A stretch of DNA of 64,000 bases from Octopus sinensis. Taxonomy: Eukaryota. This document shows positions 1 to 13,213 of this stretch, one piece after another. The notes beneath the pieces were generated by a model. It saw nothing but the letters and a program-made list of their open reading frames with translations. It was not told the origin of the DNA and did not search any database. A program made the translations under genes and the position numbers. The stretch covers positions 124,001-188,000 of the forward strand of contig NW_021837025.1 of the NCBI RefSeq assembly GCF_006345805.1. Reading direction: 5' to 3'. The first letter of the stretch is position 1. Every line of letters begins with the position of its first letter.

Positions 1-481
1 CCGAGAATGCAGAACGAAGGCTGCAGTGAATAAACACACCAGAAAGTCAAAAATGAACACCCTCAGGACATCTCCCAGGGACGAGTGAGACAGCCTACAT
101 ACACACTCCACTATACTCGTAGAATCCCAAGTCCGACACGACCACGTCCAGTTTGGAGCCTACATCTAATCCAGGCAGTACATTTTTCGAAGAAATAATC
201 TTCCCGGAAATAGAGAACGACGTAGAAGGTCATGTGGCACACCAGTGATGTGCATGAGAATGCGGTCAGAAGATTCATCAGCCACAGTTTGTGTACTTTG
301 TTGGTGCTGTTGAATAATATAAATGTCCATGCGCAGAATGCGACGAGATAGACCGTGTTTATGTAATTGAATCGGAAAAAGAAAGCTGTGGGGTCATCAG
401 AAAATAGAAACCTAGGAAGAGTGAAATAACTGAAAGTCCTTCGAGTATTGTGGACTTTAACTTGTGAGTGACATTAGGCAT
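1..481 (-). CDS. PIEZO: Piezo mechanosensitive channel, 5' part (runs off window start)
   Basis: Not in the ORF track. Removing three tiny introns (e.g. 386-411) gives MPNVTHKLKSTILEGLSVISLFLAFFFRFNYINTVYLVAF...CSKLDVVVSDLGFYELSHSSLGDVLRVFIFDFLV. This matches the Piezo N-terminal pattern (LRFSGLSLVYLLF...CSRWETLSRHIGVTRL...IRLVAPDLGI). Confidence 0.75.
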
Positions 482-617
482 GACTATCTATTTTATTTAT
501 TTAAAATGTTACATTTATTAGATAAGGCAATTTATTTTAAATAAATTCATTTTTTTTAAATTGAATTTTTTTATGAACTAATAATAAATTAATAGTTAAT
601 CAGAAACTAAGCAGATC

Positions 618-810
618 TCACTCCAGCTCGCTGATATCCACTCTCCTTCTCTTGGAAGAAGAGTCTACTTCCAGCTGCCTCTTACTCCCCACTACCACAT
701 CTGATTCAACCATTGCATCTTCTTTAGCATTCATTGGGTCGTCTTCATTTTTGCATACCATCTCCACATACCGGTTGAAAGCAGAAGCGTATTCTTCACC
801 AGATACCTTC
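618..810 (-). mobile_element. 3' tail remnant of R4-like non-LTR element
   Basis: Translates KVSGEEYASAFNRYVEM..., similar to KVDNEEYASAANQL at the end of ORF 1398-1787. Confidence 0.4.
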
Positions 811-1397
811 TACACATTTGAGAAACTCTTCTTCTGCAAGGGGCCTCCAATTCCGTCTCCTCAGTTAGCAACCGGGAATTTTTGAAAACTCCCTGTTCTT
901 GCTGGACACTCTTTCGTCGCTGCCGTCTTCCTACAAATTAGTGAAGTCGTGGGTAAATAACAAACTAATTATATACAACACTGCCCTGGGAATTGCAGCA
1001 CTTAATTGGAAATTTTTCTACTACACCGAATTTAGAAAAAAGATAAATCCGCTCACAAAGAACTCCTGCACTACCCTTTTAGAGAAATCTCATTTTCTAA
1101 TCGTACTTGGGACAGTCTTTATACATATTAAGCTTTTATAAGTTGTTTTATGTCATTAAACAAAGTTGTAACAAAAGTACTGTTTGTATATAAGAGGAAT
1201 TTTTGTAAAAGTTAAGTCTTAGTCAATTTTAGCTTATTTAAACTAGCTTGTTGATTCCCCCAATGTTTTTTAATTTGTTTCCAAAATTAATATGCGTTCC
1301 TATTTCCAGAAGAATTAAAGATTCTAACTGAAACCAAAGACATGTTTATATAAATTATTATGTAATTCTATCTTAAATTATTTAAGAATCCAGATCG

Positions 1398-1925
1398 TCA
1401 GTGATTTCTCTTCTTCGCTTGGAAGAAGAGTTTGCAACAAAATTCCTCATCATTTTCCATTTCTGCGTCAAAGTAATTGTTCAACTGAGTGGCCCTCACG
1501 GCATGCCACTCCGCAAGTTGATTGGCGGCAGAGGCGTACTCCTCGTTGTCTACCTTCATCCCATGTCTGTGTTCAATAAGCATACTCTCTAGAGTCCTCT
1601 TCAGCACAACGACCGACTGGATGTATGTCCTCGTTCCTTCTTCAATGGATAACTTGTGCATATGACTTTTAAAGAACTTTGAGACAACTCCATCCCATGT
1701 CAAGACAATTGGAATAATCTTCACTTTTGCTTCATAGAGAACTGACAGTTCGTTTGCAAGCAGGTCATATTTGTGAAATTTCTCCACTTCAACTTGCTTT
1801 AAAACGGTCTTGCGAGGTAACTCCCACTTCGATTAAATGAATTTCTCTTTTCTCTCTGTCATAAACGAAGATATCAGGTATTGAATTGAACCTTTGTTTC
1901 AGTCATAATTGAAGTGTCAAAAACC
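1398..1925 (-). mobile_element. R4/Dong-like non-LTR retrotransposon, restriction-like endonuclease 3' fragment
   Basis: PDIFVYDRE..IHLIEVGVTSQD..EKFHKYDLLANEL..IIPIVLTWDG is a PD-(D/E)xK RLE motif; frameshifted. Confidence 0.8.
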
Positions 1926-1969
1926 AAGACAATAAATAGTCCAATTTATTATATCCTGTTATTATTGGA

Positions 1970-2457
1970 TTAGTGACTAAACTCTCTTCCGGTCTGCCAC
2001 AATTCGACATATGGCCCCCACCCCTGACTTGTCGGTTCATCTAATAGCACGTAAAACATGGTCTGACTACTTCCTTGTGCCACTGCAATAGTTTGTTCGA
2101 GTTCCCGTCGTAGGGCACTTCCAGGCCTTGTAGACGTACTTGAGTGTTTGATCCTCTCTCCCTCCCCCACTCATCCACTCACAAAGGATCCACCTTCCTC
2201 GGAACAGCACCATGCTCTGGGAGATCAGGATTCCTATTTCCTTCTGAGAACTGATTAGAGTAGCCACCTTCGTGTCAGAATCGCCCGAGGTGTTGGGCGT
2301 GAAATTGCTTCTTTATGGCAGTTTTCATAATTTCCTCTAGGATATTAATAGAGGGGGAGTACTTTTCGACGAGGGTCTTCAGTTGAGAGACGGTGATACA
2401 GTTTTTGTCGTCAGTTTCCTCCATTAAGCTATCCAAACAGTCAGGTCCTTTAGTCAT
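1970..2457 (-). CDS. Small unidentified gene with putative mini-introns
   Basis: Gene-like GC content. ATG follows an AT-rich spacer, and there are candidate introns such as gtactccccctctattaatatcctag. No family recognised and the exon structure is uncertain. Confidence 0.35.
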
Positions 2458-2739
2458 CACCACTAAAAATGTATAATGTATAATAGTATAGTATTATAAT
2501 ATTTAAAATAAAAATTAATATTTTACAAATATATAATAAATATATAATAAATATATATAAATATAAACTGTCTATATAAAAATTCTACATTTATTATTCA
2601 AATAATACAAATTGTTCACAGTCCTTTATACTTTCAGCGACGCAGTAATCAGCCACAGAAAAGTCATGTGACTCATTTAGGGTCTCAACACCGAAACAGA
2701 GCAGGCCTGTTCCGAGAAGGTTAGAATGGTTTTTAGAAT

Positions 2740-3350
2740 TGTACAAAAAATGATCTAAAAAAATTCTAATTTTATTTAATAATGCTACTGTACACTCGAT
2801 TGATTTAAAGTTCAGTAACATCGAACTCTTTTTTTCCCTCCAAATACAACATCGAAGTTACAACCCCTTGATCAAGGAATAATAAAATCATTCAAAGACA
2901 GGTATAGACAACTCCGATGTGCACACTTGATTGAATTTTATACTAATGATGACAATGTAGATCACGAAAAAGTTACGGAAAAGTTGAAGAAATTCACTCT
3001 ATTGAATTGCTTGATATTCATAAATCAACCTCGGTTAGAAGTATCAGAATTGACAATTGAAAATTGTTTCAAGAAAGAACTTGAAAATGCATTAATACAG
3101 AACCTGGCAGAAATAGAAAAAATAGATGATGAAAATTTGTGATTCACAAAAATGATCAAACCGAGGACGATAACTTTATACAGAACTTGTTAAAATTAAA
3201 AAGCAAAACAAAGATGAAGAGGAAGAATAAAAAATTCATGTTCCGACATTATATGAAGCTAGTTGATGTGCGAAGGCCGTTGAATTATGGCTTCTTAAGA
3301 ATGATTGAATTATGGCCGTTGAATTATGGCCACTACAATTTACTTTAAAA
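2740..3350 (+). mobile_element. pogo/Tigger (DDE_1) transposase 3' fragment
   Basis: FPPNTTSKLQPLDQGIIKSFKDRYR and KKFTLLNCLIFI..EVSELTIENCFKK. Confidence 0.8.
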
Positions 3351-3669
3351 CAAAACCTTAATGAATTCATAATTTGATTAATTTTATCTGTAAAGATTTC
3401 TTTGACACACGACCTGAAGGGAGAGTATAGGTATCATTTTGAAACAAGTGTATTATGGAAAGATGCCTCAGTTTATATAAAGGTATATTGGCTTCTAGAA
3501 ATGTTCTTGTGACCGTCAAAGCCCAATTATGTTAACTAGAAATAAATGTCTGTACATTTTGGGATGAATGAATAAAATCTAAAGTTATATTTTTCATCTA
3601 AAGTTATTATAAGCGTTTCAACTTCATTCCACCATTGAGGATGTTTTTCTATATATAATCCAGATTTGT

Positions 3670-4121
3670 GTTTGAACGTGTTTTTTTGATAAACGATGGG
3701 CGTCAACAGAAAATTTCTTATCGCATCTTACGATTGTAGAACAATAAGAACAAAATAATTTCCCTTCCGGATTAATAACAAATTCGGAAAATTTTTTGAT
3801 TAGTTGTCGCAGATGAGTTGACTTGTGTAAGAATTCACCTCCTTATATCTTAAGCATTCGAGATATCTCTGAAATCGACAAAGAGTTGTTGAACATACTT
3901 CCGGGCTTTCTATCCGAGTTTTTCAAGTGTCGAATGTAACTATTATTGTGATTGTCAAGGTGGCCGAGACTTATCCTTGTGCTGACTAGTTGAATTGGGT
4001 GTGGAGAGTTTGTCAGCCCTTCACTGATTTGTCCATGTTCAAAAAACATGGATTCAGATATATTCCCAACTTCTCCACTCGATTCTTCTGCATAACTCGA
4101 GAGAGTTGCCTGTCTTTTCAA
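3670..4121 (-). pseudogene. Degenerate ORF with CGGBP1/BED-like zinc finger
   Basis: IKKFSEFVINPEGKLFCSYCSTIVRCDKKFSVDAHRLSKKH resembles the finger in ORF 51473-51874. Confidence 0.5.
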
Positions 4122-4208
4122 CTGCAGTCCACCTCATCCATTTGCGTCTCGTAGCTCTATACAACAATTCAAATCATTCTACCAACATCTACAAGTGACT
4201 TACTAATA

Positions 4209-5781
4209 CAGTATGGTCCAAAAATAGTACACCCTTGTTTTTTTGTCGAAAAAGTCTTATATCTGCTAAAATAATACATTATTTAATTATTTTTTGTGAA
4301 TTATATCTGTTTTTAGAGTTTAATGAATTTTTCACTTTATAGAAAATCGAAATGAATTTTAATTATACATATATTTTAAAAAATTAATGATTTTTTAATG
4401 GTCCATAAATAGTACACCCTTAACAAATTCAACATCTGTTGTGCTTTAAAATTACCTAATAAAGTTTTATTTAATATACAAAAATATTTATTTATAGTTT
4501 ATGTTTTTTATTTTTTTAAAGTAATTATTTAACTAAATAATTATCTTATTGTCAGATTTTTTTTATTTATGACGTCAAATGTTTCAATTTTTCTTTTTAA
4601 ATAGCACACATGTCTTCAATTGGATTTAAATCTGGCAAATTTTTTTTTTCTGTCAAAAAACTTTTAGTCTTCTTTGCAGTATGCTTCGGATCGTTATCTT
4701 GTTGGAAATTCGGATTTTCTGAATGATCGTTGATAAAGGGCATCATTTTTTCCCAAGTATATTAATGTACATGTCTGCATTCATGATTCCATTTATGGTA
4801 TAAAGTTCACCAGGTCCTTGGAAGCTCATAAATCCACATATCTTTATATTTTCCGCCGCCATGTTTCATTGTAGATACTATGCATTTTGGATTTAGTGCA
4901 TCGCCATTTTTGCGCCACATATGCTTAATTCCATTTGATCTGAACAAATTGATTTTGGTCTCATTTGACCACAGAATTCTATTCCAAAAATCAATATTTT
5001 TGCCTACATATTTTTTGCAAATTGTAAACGGTTTCTTTTGTACCTTTTTGACAATAACGGTTCCTTCGAAGTATCAGCCATATAAATTGCATTCATGTAG
5101 TCTCCTTTTTATTGTAGATTTTTATATTTAATAACAGAATAAGATTCCAATTGTTTTGCAATTGCAGATGAAGAGATTCTTGGATTTTTTTCAGCAGAAC
5201 GTCTGATTAGACGGATAGATCTGATAGATAACTTCTTCGGTCTCCCTCTTTCTCGATTTAAAATGCCGTTATTCCGTTTTTCGGTATTTTTGTACAATCT
5301 TAGCAACGGTGTTCTTGCTAATCTCAAATTTTTTGGCAATTTTTTTGTATCCATAGTTGTCCTCGTGTATGGAAATAATACGATTTTCAATATCTGAAGA
5401 GAGATCAACATTACGAAAGTTCATGTTAATTATTTTGACAATAAGATAATTATTTAATTAAATAATTACTTTAAAAAATAAAAGAACATAAACTAAAAAT
5501 AAAAATATTTTTGTATATTAAATAAAACTTTATTAGGTAATTTTAAAGCACAACATGTTGAATTCGTTAAGGGTGTACTATTTATGGACCATTAAAAATT
5601 CATTAATTTTTAAAATATATGTATAATTAAATTCATTTCGATTTTCTATAAAGTGAAAAATTCATTAAACTCTAAAACAGATATAATTCACAAAAAAATA
5701 ATTAAATAAATGTATTATTTTAGCAGATATAAGACTTTTTCGACAAAAAAACAAGGGGTGTACTATTTTTGGACCATACTG
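4209..5781 (-). mobile_element. Tc1-family element, long IR/DR TIRs, defective transposase
   Basis: TA-flanked CAGTATGGTCCAAAAATAGTACACCC ends. TIRs are about 345 bp, with an inner repeat GGTCCATAAATAGTACACCC. HTH ORF at 5109-5411 plus WSNETKIN and QQDNDPKH remnants. Confidence 0.92.
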
Positions 5782-6600
5782 TATGTATTTGGAAGGTCAG
5801 AAACGACGTCATTACTCCGTATTTTATTCACAAAGAAGGATGGAAATACTTTCGGGTTTTCCAGGCAGGGCTTTTCGGTTATCTACTGCACATTGTTGAA
5901 CGACTCTTACGAGTGCTCACCATTCTACAATTCTAGGTTCTTAAAGGACAAATCCGACGTCTCCGAAAGCTCCACGAGTGTAGACATGGGCACAATGTAC
6001 TGTCTCCAAATGCTGCGACTATTCATATTAGCACTTCGAGAGTCCTGAAATGTAAGAATGTGCAATCGTATCTCTCGGCCATCTGTCAACGTACAAAATA
6101 TAGTTGGTTTCATTTTATGATCCCAGCGACGTTACTTAATATTTATCTACTATTATGAAAGAGTGTGTCTACAAAAAAGTCGAAAAGAATTCCCGAAGGA
6201 AACAAAAAGCTGATTTATTCAAATGTGATTCCAATTTGTTCGAACATGAGAGAACTGACATAATTTTCGTTGTTGTTGAATTCCTGGTAACTGGCTTTGT
6301 TTCGACTCAAAGAATACGGGATTTTATGAACAGAAGCTTTTGTTTCTCGCCTTTTTCACTTTGTCGACCAAATGCCTGGTCCCCATAGCTAGATATAATC
6401 CATAAAGACTCTAATCGAACTTGCTTAATTCCTCCAAATGTCCGACTGACATAATTTCAGAGTGGAAGGCACTTGTAAAATTCTTTTTTAAAACAAAGTA
6501 CTTGGACCTAAAACAAGCACATCATTGATTGTAAATAAAATGTGTAAAATTAAAAACACACAAAAATATTTTCCATAGCACGTGATCACAGAAGCAGAAA

Positions 6601-9600
6601 TCACCGGATAACACGCAATATGAATTTAACTTGAACGAGTTTTTCATGACGAGACAAGGAAGACATGTTCTGCCTAAAGTGTTCCAATACCTCAGTCTCC
6701 GTCTCCGACAGATAACCCAAATACTCATACCAATACGGCAAAAGAGGACCATTCTACAATCAAACTAACACTAGCTTACAAATCTGTCAATAAAGTTAAT
6801 CACCACGTGTTCTATTCTCCTCACCTCCTCTCCCTCCTGCAGTAGAGGATGCAACGTGGACAGTGACTTGAAGGCGAAAACAACGAACGGGGGATCCAAA
6901 GAATACTACAATAACAAAGACGAGTACATTTCTAACGACCTGCTCAATCAAATTTATGAACGCCCCCCGAAGTGATACGTACTCGGACGGGATGTACTCC
7001 ACCAGGAAAATAACAAATCCAAACAGCTTATCCACGTGCTGAAATAAACTTAAAAACAACCTTAGTTAGAAATGCGACTCCAATTTGTGACATTTTGTTA
7101 GTCCTGAGGTGTGGTTGGATGGTTGAGGGGGGAGATAAAATTGTACAACTCGTGTGGAACATTTTATTCAAGTCATCGACCGAGTCTTCTTCCTTAATGG
7201 CAAACACAACGAGGTCTGTAAAGTAATGAAAACACGATTACTTATAAACTTGAGAAAACATTTAAGAAAAGATTGAAATCTATTTTCAGTCACAGCATTA
7301 AGGAATTCCTCCTGGTTGGCAACCATGATGATCTACAATCACCCCACAAGACTACATCAATTATGCAATATATGAATATGTGGGCAATCTTGAAGGCAAA
7401 CACGTCCGACGTGGCGGAATACCGAATGACCAGGGGAGTCAACAAAACCCCTATAGTAGAACACAGTCCCTTACTTACGTATGAACACAGAAATATCCAC
7501 GTGACTAGTTCTGAGTATGCAAGGCAGTAGTCGATTCGTCATGAAAGCAAAGAAAAACTGTCGGTCGAATTCAAACTTGCTCTCAATCAGATTAATAATC
7601 ATCAATCTAAAGTAAAGCCAGTCAATACAGTTTGTGCAGATAATTGCGTGTGTAGTGCAGACCAGTATCGTCCTCCACCAGTAGGGAGAATGTATTTCCA
7701 CAGTCACCCCGAATGACCTGCCACAGAGAGGCCACCAAACTGCACGTGCAAGCAAGACAATACCGTGCCAACTGCATACACATTAAGACAAGACGAGCCA
7801 TGCTATTCCCGAATTCCTCCCCCAAGTCTTCAGTCACGATTGTGAGGAATATGTGGATGACTTCGAGCAGAATATTCAACTACTGCTAGTGAATGTGTCT
7901 ACCCTCTCACAACGACCGTCGACTGATCCCTCCATGAAGGCAGGGAATGAGTTTTGATTACAGCATAGTCTGGTTAACCATTAACTTACTTGTTGTATTC
8001 CTCCGACGACAGAAATCCATCCACATAAGGCAGAAAGTAGAAACTGTAGGCCTGTTTTATCACGGATTTGTCCTCATACAGCTTGCTAGGGTGTATATAG
8101 AATAGTACATGACTACAAACAACATCTCAATCAGTGTGGACGGGTAGGAAATTGGCATTTTAGCCATCAATGACTCGGGAGAGAGCAGACGAGTCAGAAA
8201 TACAGTAATCGTGTCAATTTTCAAATTCTAAAGTAATATCCCCCCGAATACAAAAAGGTGAGCCTTGTTGGAGGACACAAAGTCAACAATTGAACGACAC
8301 AACTTGGACAGACTGGTCTTGGCCACAAAACTGTCCAAATCAGTCACGACCAACTCAAACATTCCATACATGCCTATCATCTACACTATTCCCACACAAT
8401 CAACAGTATCGAAGACCAGGTCGACCATTGGAGGGTCAGAATATGGACTGTTAGCAATCACAGCAAGAGTAGTGAAAGTATGGACAACCAGTCCCATATA
8501 CTACAATATAGAACATTCTAGAACATTCGGAGACATTCTTTGAGGACACCAAATTGACTGTACTCCCACACAGTGCTCACAGGATTCACATTTCAAATAC
8601 TGACACAAATATTTGAATATTTGATGCAGCACTGACCTCTCATTCTCGTCAGTAGGATGGAATGACTTGTCCAGCAGACAAATCCTGCACAAAACAGTCA
8701 CTTTTGACAGCAAACTCACAGTCGAACTGACAGAATCTACCAATCGACCAACACTATTACTTTTCAAATTGTAATTCCCAAATATATCCTGAATAACTGA
8801 TATGAATACAGAATTGAGATATTGAGGATTCATCCTGTGCACTCCATGCAGCATGTGCTCTATATTCAAGCCATATTCTAAGGGTCACAGACAACCCAAA
8901 CCTCTGCAAAACTCATTATAGTCCTCCTCAGTCACAAAATCAGTCGCAAAGACACTCACATCCATCCACAAATTCCCCCTCTCAAACTCAGGCTGAAATA
9001 TACAACCACACCAACATAAAAATAAGAATATAAAATCCGTTTCAACAGCCCACCGTTCATCACCACCTCGCACACATAACCGGATATAACAGGAGACCCC
9101 CTTCTATTCAAAACAAGATAAGTGAATGCTTCAACTGCACACATCGACACTTTCTATAGAATTATTGACACACTCCAACCATGGACCGACAATTCAGGAG
9201 TACTTCAATCAGAACTTGAATTGTGTTGAGAAATGGAGAATAGACGTGTGGGGGATCTCCCTTGGTCACCACAATCCTATTTCTAAAGGCAGAAACCGCC
9301 TCTGAAATGAAATAAGCGTATTTCTTAAGGAGTGAATAGTCCAGGGAAACATCCCCCAACCAACCACCAAATCTACTCAAAAAAGAACAGTGTCTCTCAT
9401 GTGACTGAAACAAATATCGAGTTATCGGCAGACACTCACTCTATCCATATACAAATACCCAAACCTCCTTGGAAGTAAAGAAGGAGACCAGACAGTCGAT
9501 GGCCGACTCAGTCAAATGGACATTATACATCACATCCACCACAAGTGTGAGTTTAGTGGACTGCCTTTTGTACATAGAAAGTGGACATTTGTCAATATAT

Positions 9601-10233
9601 CGACTCAGACAGTACAAATTGTCTTTAGATATAGATTGGGGAGTAATATTGAGATAATGGTCCAGAATTATTAGTATTTGAGTGTTCAAATGAGTGGAAG
9701 AAGGACCCTTATAGGCCTCCTCCACGACCTGAACGAATGCTTTGCAGACTACTGAGTCAAACAAGTTCTGAAATATGATTTATCCGACCTGCCTTAAAAT
9801 GGGGCATTTTCTCTCGTAGATTAATGAGGACATGCCCGATGGAGACATTGGCTGAGTTTAAAGACATTTTGGCAACCAGACGACTGAGGGAGTCACTCAG
9901 AATATTGTTAGAGAGACAGTCTGGGTTGCCTAAAATAGGGGACACGTCCTCGATTATGTTTTCTATTGACATTCCGCTGCATTGGTGAGGGGAGGGGACC
10001 TTATATTGGCGGTCATTAACTTTAGTCCAAATGCACTGACTAGGGGATCACCGTATTGGAGAAGGCTTTTGCCGATGTTGTATGAATCTGGGTAGACAAG
10101 TAAATTTTCCAGATACTTGGGTTTAATATTATTGGCTAACCTTTGTGGAAATCATCATCTTAGAGGGGTCAGATGTAGGATTTTTGAATAGGTCTAAATG
10201 TTGGACCACCTCAGAAACAATATCACGACGCAT
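6601..10233 (-). CDS. XPO5: Exportin-5, highly divergent, many mini-introns
   Basis: SAFGLKLM~RHFGLQIL, ILSDSLSRLVAKM~IKDALSRIVVEM, and FATDFVTEEDYNEFC..HRMNP~FDFDSDEDFNAFF..CRLDP. The spliced frame ends at TGA 6601. Confidence 0.78.
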
Positions 10234-10444
10234 TTTATAACAATTTATAAAATATTTATTTTTAATTTCAGTTTACCAATCAATAATAATATTATTATAA
10301 TAATTAAAAAAATATTTATAACAATTTATTGACTAATAAAAAAGGGTATTTGATCTATTTTACAAAAGCCTCGCCATTCATCAGACAAGGAATGTCGTGT
10401 AATTTATCTGTATAATTAAAAATTGAATATAATAAAAAGTAAGA

Positions 10445-10900
10445 CTGAGAAGAAGCTGAAAACTCACTCTGTACAAACTGTGTCTGTTAATGAGTTTGTC
10501 GAAATCAAAGTGGACACCTTCATTAAAACAGACATAATACTAGAACATAACAAGCCCGATTGTTTGTCTTTGACAGAAGAACAACCGGATATTCCTGATT
10601 GAGGTTGGGATAACATCTGCCCTAAACCTACAATAAGTGGAGATAGAAAAACTTAGAAAGTATGACCTTCTATCAAAGGAACTGGAGTTGATATATCATG
10701 CCAATGTGAAAATAGTACCGATTGTATTAACTTGGGACGGACTTGTCACTTCAAAATTCCAACAGTATGCACAATCGTTGAACATCAATGAGAGAACACA
10801 TCCGTATATACAATCACTCACTATCAAAAAACCTTGAGAGCATGATTGTTTCCTATAGGAACAGAATGAGCCATGCCAAAGGACTCTCGAATGGACAAAA
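10445..10900 (+). mobile_element. R4-like RLE fragment
   Basis: KLKTHSVQ..EIKVDTFIKTD..HNKPD..IEVGIT..EKLRKYDLLSKEL..VPIVLTWDG. Confidence 0.8.
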
Positions 10901-11319
10901 GAATATAAAGCTATTTATCGACAAATAGATATGACCATAACTTCGCCACTGCCTGTCAGCACTTCCCAAGGAAAGAGGCTGGCATCCTTACCTGAGGGAA
11001 TATCAGAATAGAGGAAGTAATGAACAGATTGAGAAAATTATACTTTAATTAATACTTAATTGATTCATTAATAAAAAGTAAGACAACTGGAGGAATAAGT
11101 GGGAAATCGCTTCGCTTCCTAAAGAAGCTTGGACGCTTAGCCACATTAAAAAGCCACGACACACATGAGACCCGGTGGCTTCTCCAGTTGATCTCCGTTG
11201 CTATCGTGAGAGAGGCAACGTCAATTATGTTGGCGGGGTCCACTTCGGATAGATGGCTTTGTTAACTTTTAGTAAATAACAGTTTGTATTTGATTAGGAT
11301 GATTATCTTTGGTAATATA

Positions 11320-11748
11320 TTAATATATCGCCGAATTCAATCCTGTCAATATATCATTTTTCAAATATTTATTTAGAATCTTTGGAGTTGGTTTGCGTGA
11401 ATCCCTTGGAATCGATTCAATATTCTTAATTTGTATACTCAACTCTTCTAGACACTTTATAAAAGTGGAAATTTCTGAGCTCTCAACAAATTGCCTCTGA
11501 TGACAATTGCTTCCATAATTATTATCCACTCTCATTGGTTTAACCATTCCTTTGAGTTGACTGAGCACTCTTCGAGAATTTTGAATTAAACTTCTCACGG
11601 ATAAAGTTCCATCCACCTCTTGGTATCCTCCCAATTCTTTGCTTCGTGGCATAAACAATCTGAGACACCCACTCAGCTTCAGAAATATCATCGATAATGG
11701 CCGAAAGGGAATGCAAGTTAGTAGGATTCCCAGCAAATGGATTGTCAT
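11320..11748 (-). mobile_element. Possible 5' (Myb-like) region of R4-like element
   Basis: An alternate frame gives RIPRGGWNFIREKFNSKFSK, then IESIPRDSRKPTPKI. Resemblance is recalled only. Confidence 0.35.
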
Positions 11749-12569
11749 GAATACTAGTCCTAATAAAATAATTAATAATTTTGTATAAAAATAATTAATT
11801 TTTTTATAGTAATATTATTTAAAAAAGGTAATTATTCACCAAAAAAAATATAGTTTTTTTAAAATTCGCTAAAAAGTGGCCGCCAACTACTACATATGTA
11901 CCAACATTTTTTCCTTGATCGTTGTTCTTTCAGAACTTTGAAAACCAACAAATAGACATTTGAGTTAATCGTTGTAAAACGAAAAGAAACGTGGAACCAT
12001 AATCTGACACGTCTATCCAGGGGATTCAACGAAACATTGTCGTGGCGGAGTTGGGAAAATTTTTTTTCTCTTACTTTATTTTCAGAATCATTCCAAAATG
12101 ATTTATGAGGGTTGATTCTTTTGGTTTTGCAAATGGAATTGCTCTTTAGAGGAAAATAGAGAGTTTGATAATTTCCCTGCGTAATATTTGTCCAGTAATG
12201 CCACATTTGGGAAATTTTGTGATATCCTGAGGTGCAAAAGAATCTTTAAACAGTACAACCCCTCAACACTGTCCAAAAATCGCTCCAGGTCGGGCTCTCA
12301 AGACGAGTGGGATTGTCGGCATGAGGATAAATGCATAAAAGTGTATATTTTGTCTATTCTCTGAAAAGAATCTACAGCATACTTTACCATCAAATTGCAC
12401 GCATATTGACAAAAATATAATGAAACCGCGAAGACCAGGCGTACAGGCTAAAACGCACTTCCAAGGGCTCACGTGAGGAAAATCTGGCAAAGATGAGGAG
12501 TCTCTTGAAGCGTGACAGGATCACGTGACTTATTTCTACCGTTTCATGTGTTCCATTTGGGGAATTAGG

Positions 12570-12900
12570 ACAAAGTATTTTTAATTATGATGAAACTGCA
12601 TTCTATATAAAAAAAACTAAACGAAAGTACTTTGTTGGAAAAATGATGATTCTTCTGGCTTTAAACAGAGAAAGGAGTTACTTGTAATTTTGTGGGGGGT
12701 AAACTTAACCAACTGATTCGTGATTCCGTAATAATAAAATATCATTAAACCATTTTGGATGCGAATAGGGAATTCTCAGAAGATAAAACGGCGTGGAACA
12801 AAGTTGGTAACTACGTTCTAGAATCTGAAACAGGTTTTTCAGATGCATCAAAATGCGATTCGAGGTCATTTTGAACAACGAATTCACAATCGAGAGATTG
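12570..12900 (+). mobile_element. Decayed pogo/Tigger fragment
   Basis: IFNYDETAFY..SGFKQRKE motif. Confidence 0.55.
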
Positions 12901-13213
12901 TAAAGAAGAGAAACTTTCAGATATCAACCAATTTTTTTTATTATTAAATAAAATTTAAGTGCTCTTGAAGAAAAGGGGGTTAGTTTTGTTTTTTTCTTTT
13001 TCCTAATTTTCGTACTCATTTTATTTTTTCTGTCAACATGAAAAATAGTATTGTAATAAGAAAATCCCCTGAGTTCATATCTTTATTTTATCTCTCGTCT
13101 ATGTAGTAATGAGAAATAAGATATAACGTTCCTTAATTATTTATACTAATTATTTATAAGTATTAAAATTATCTTGTAATATATTTCATATAAAATAATA
13201 AACCGTGATTTTC

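Noticed and set aside
11859-12520. Short ORFs as a gene
   Set aside because: No motif or consistent spliced frame found.
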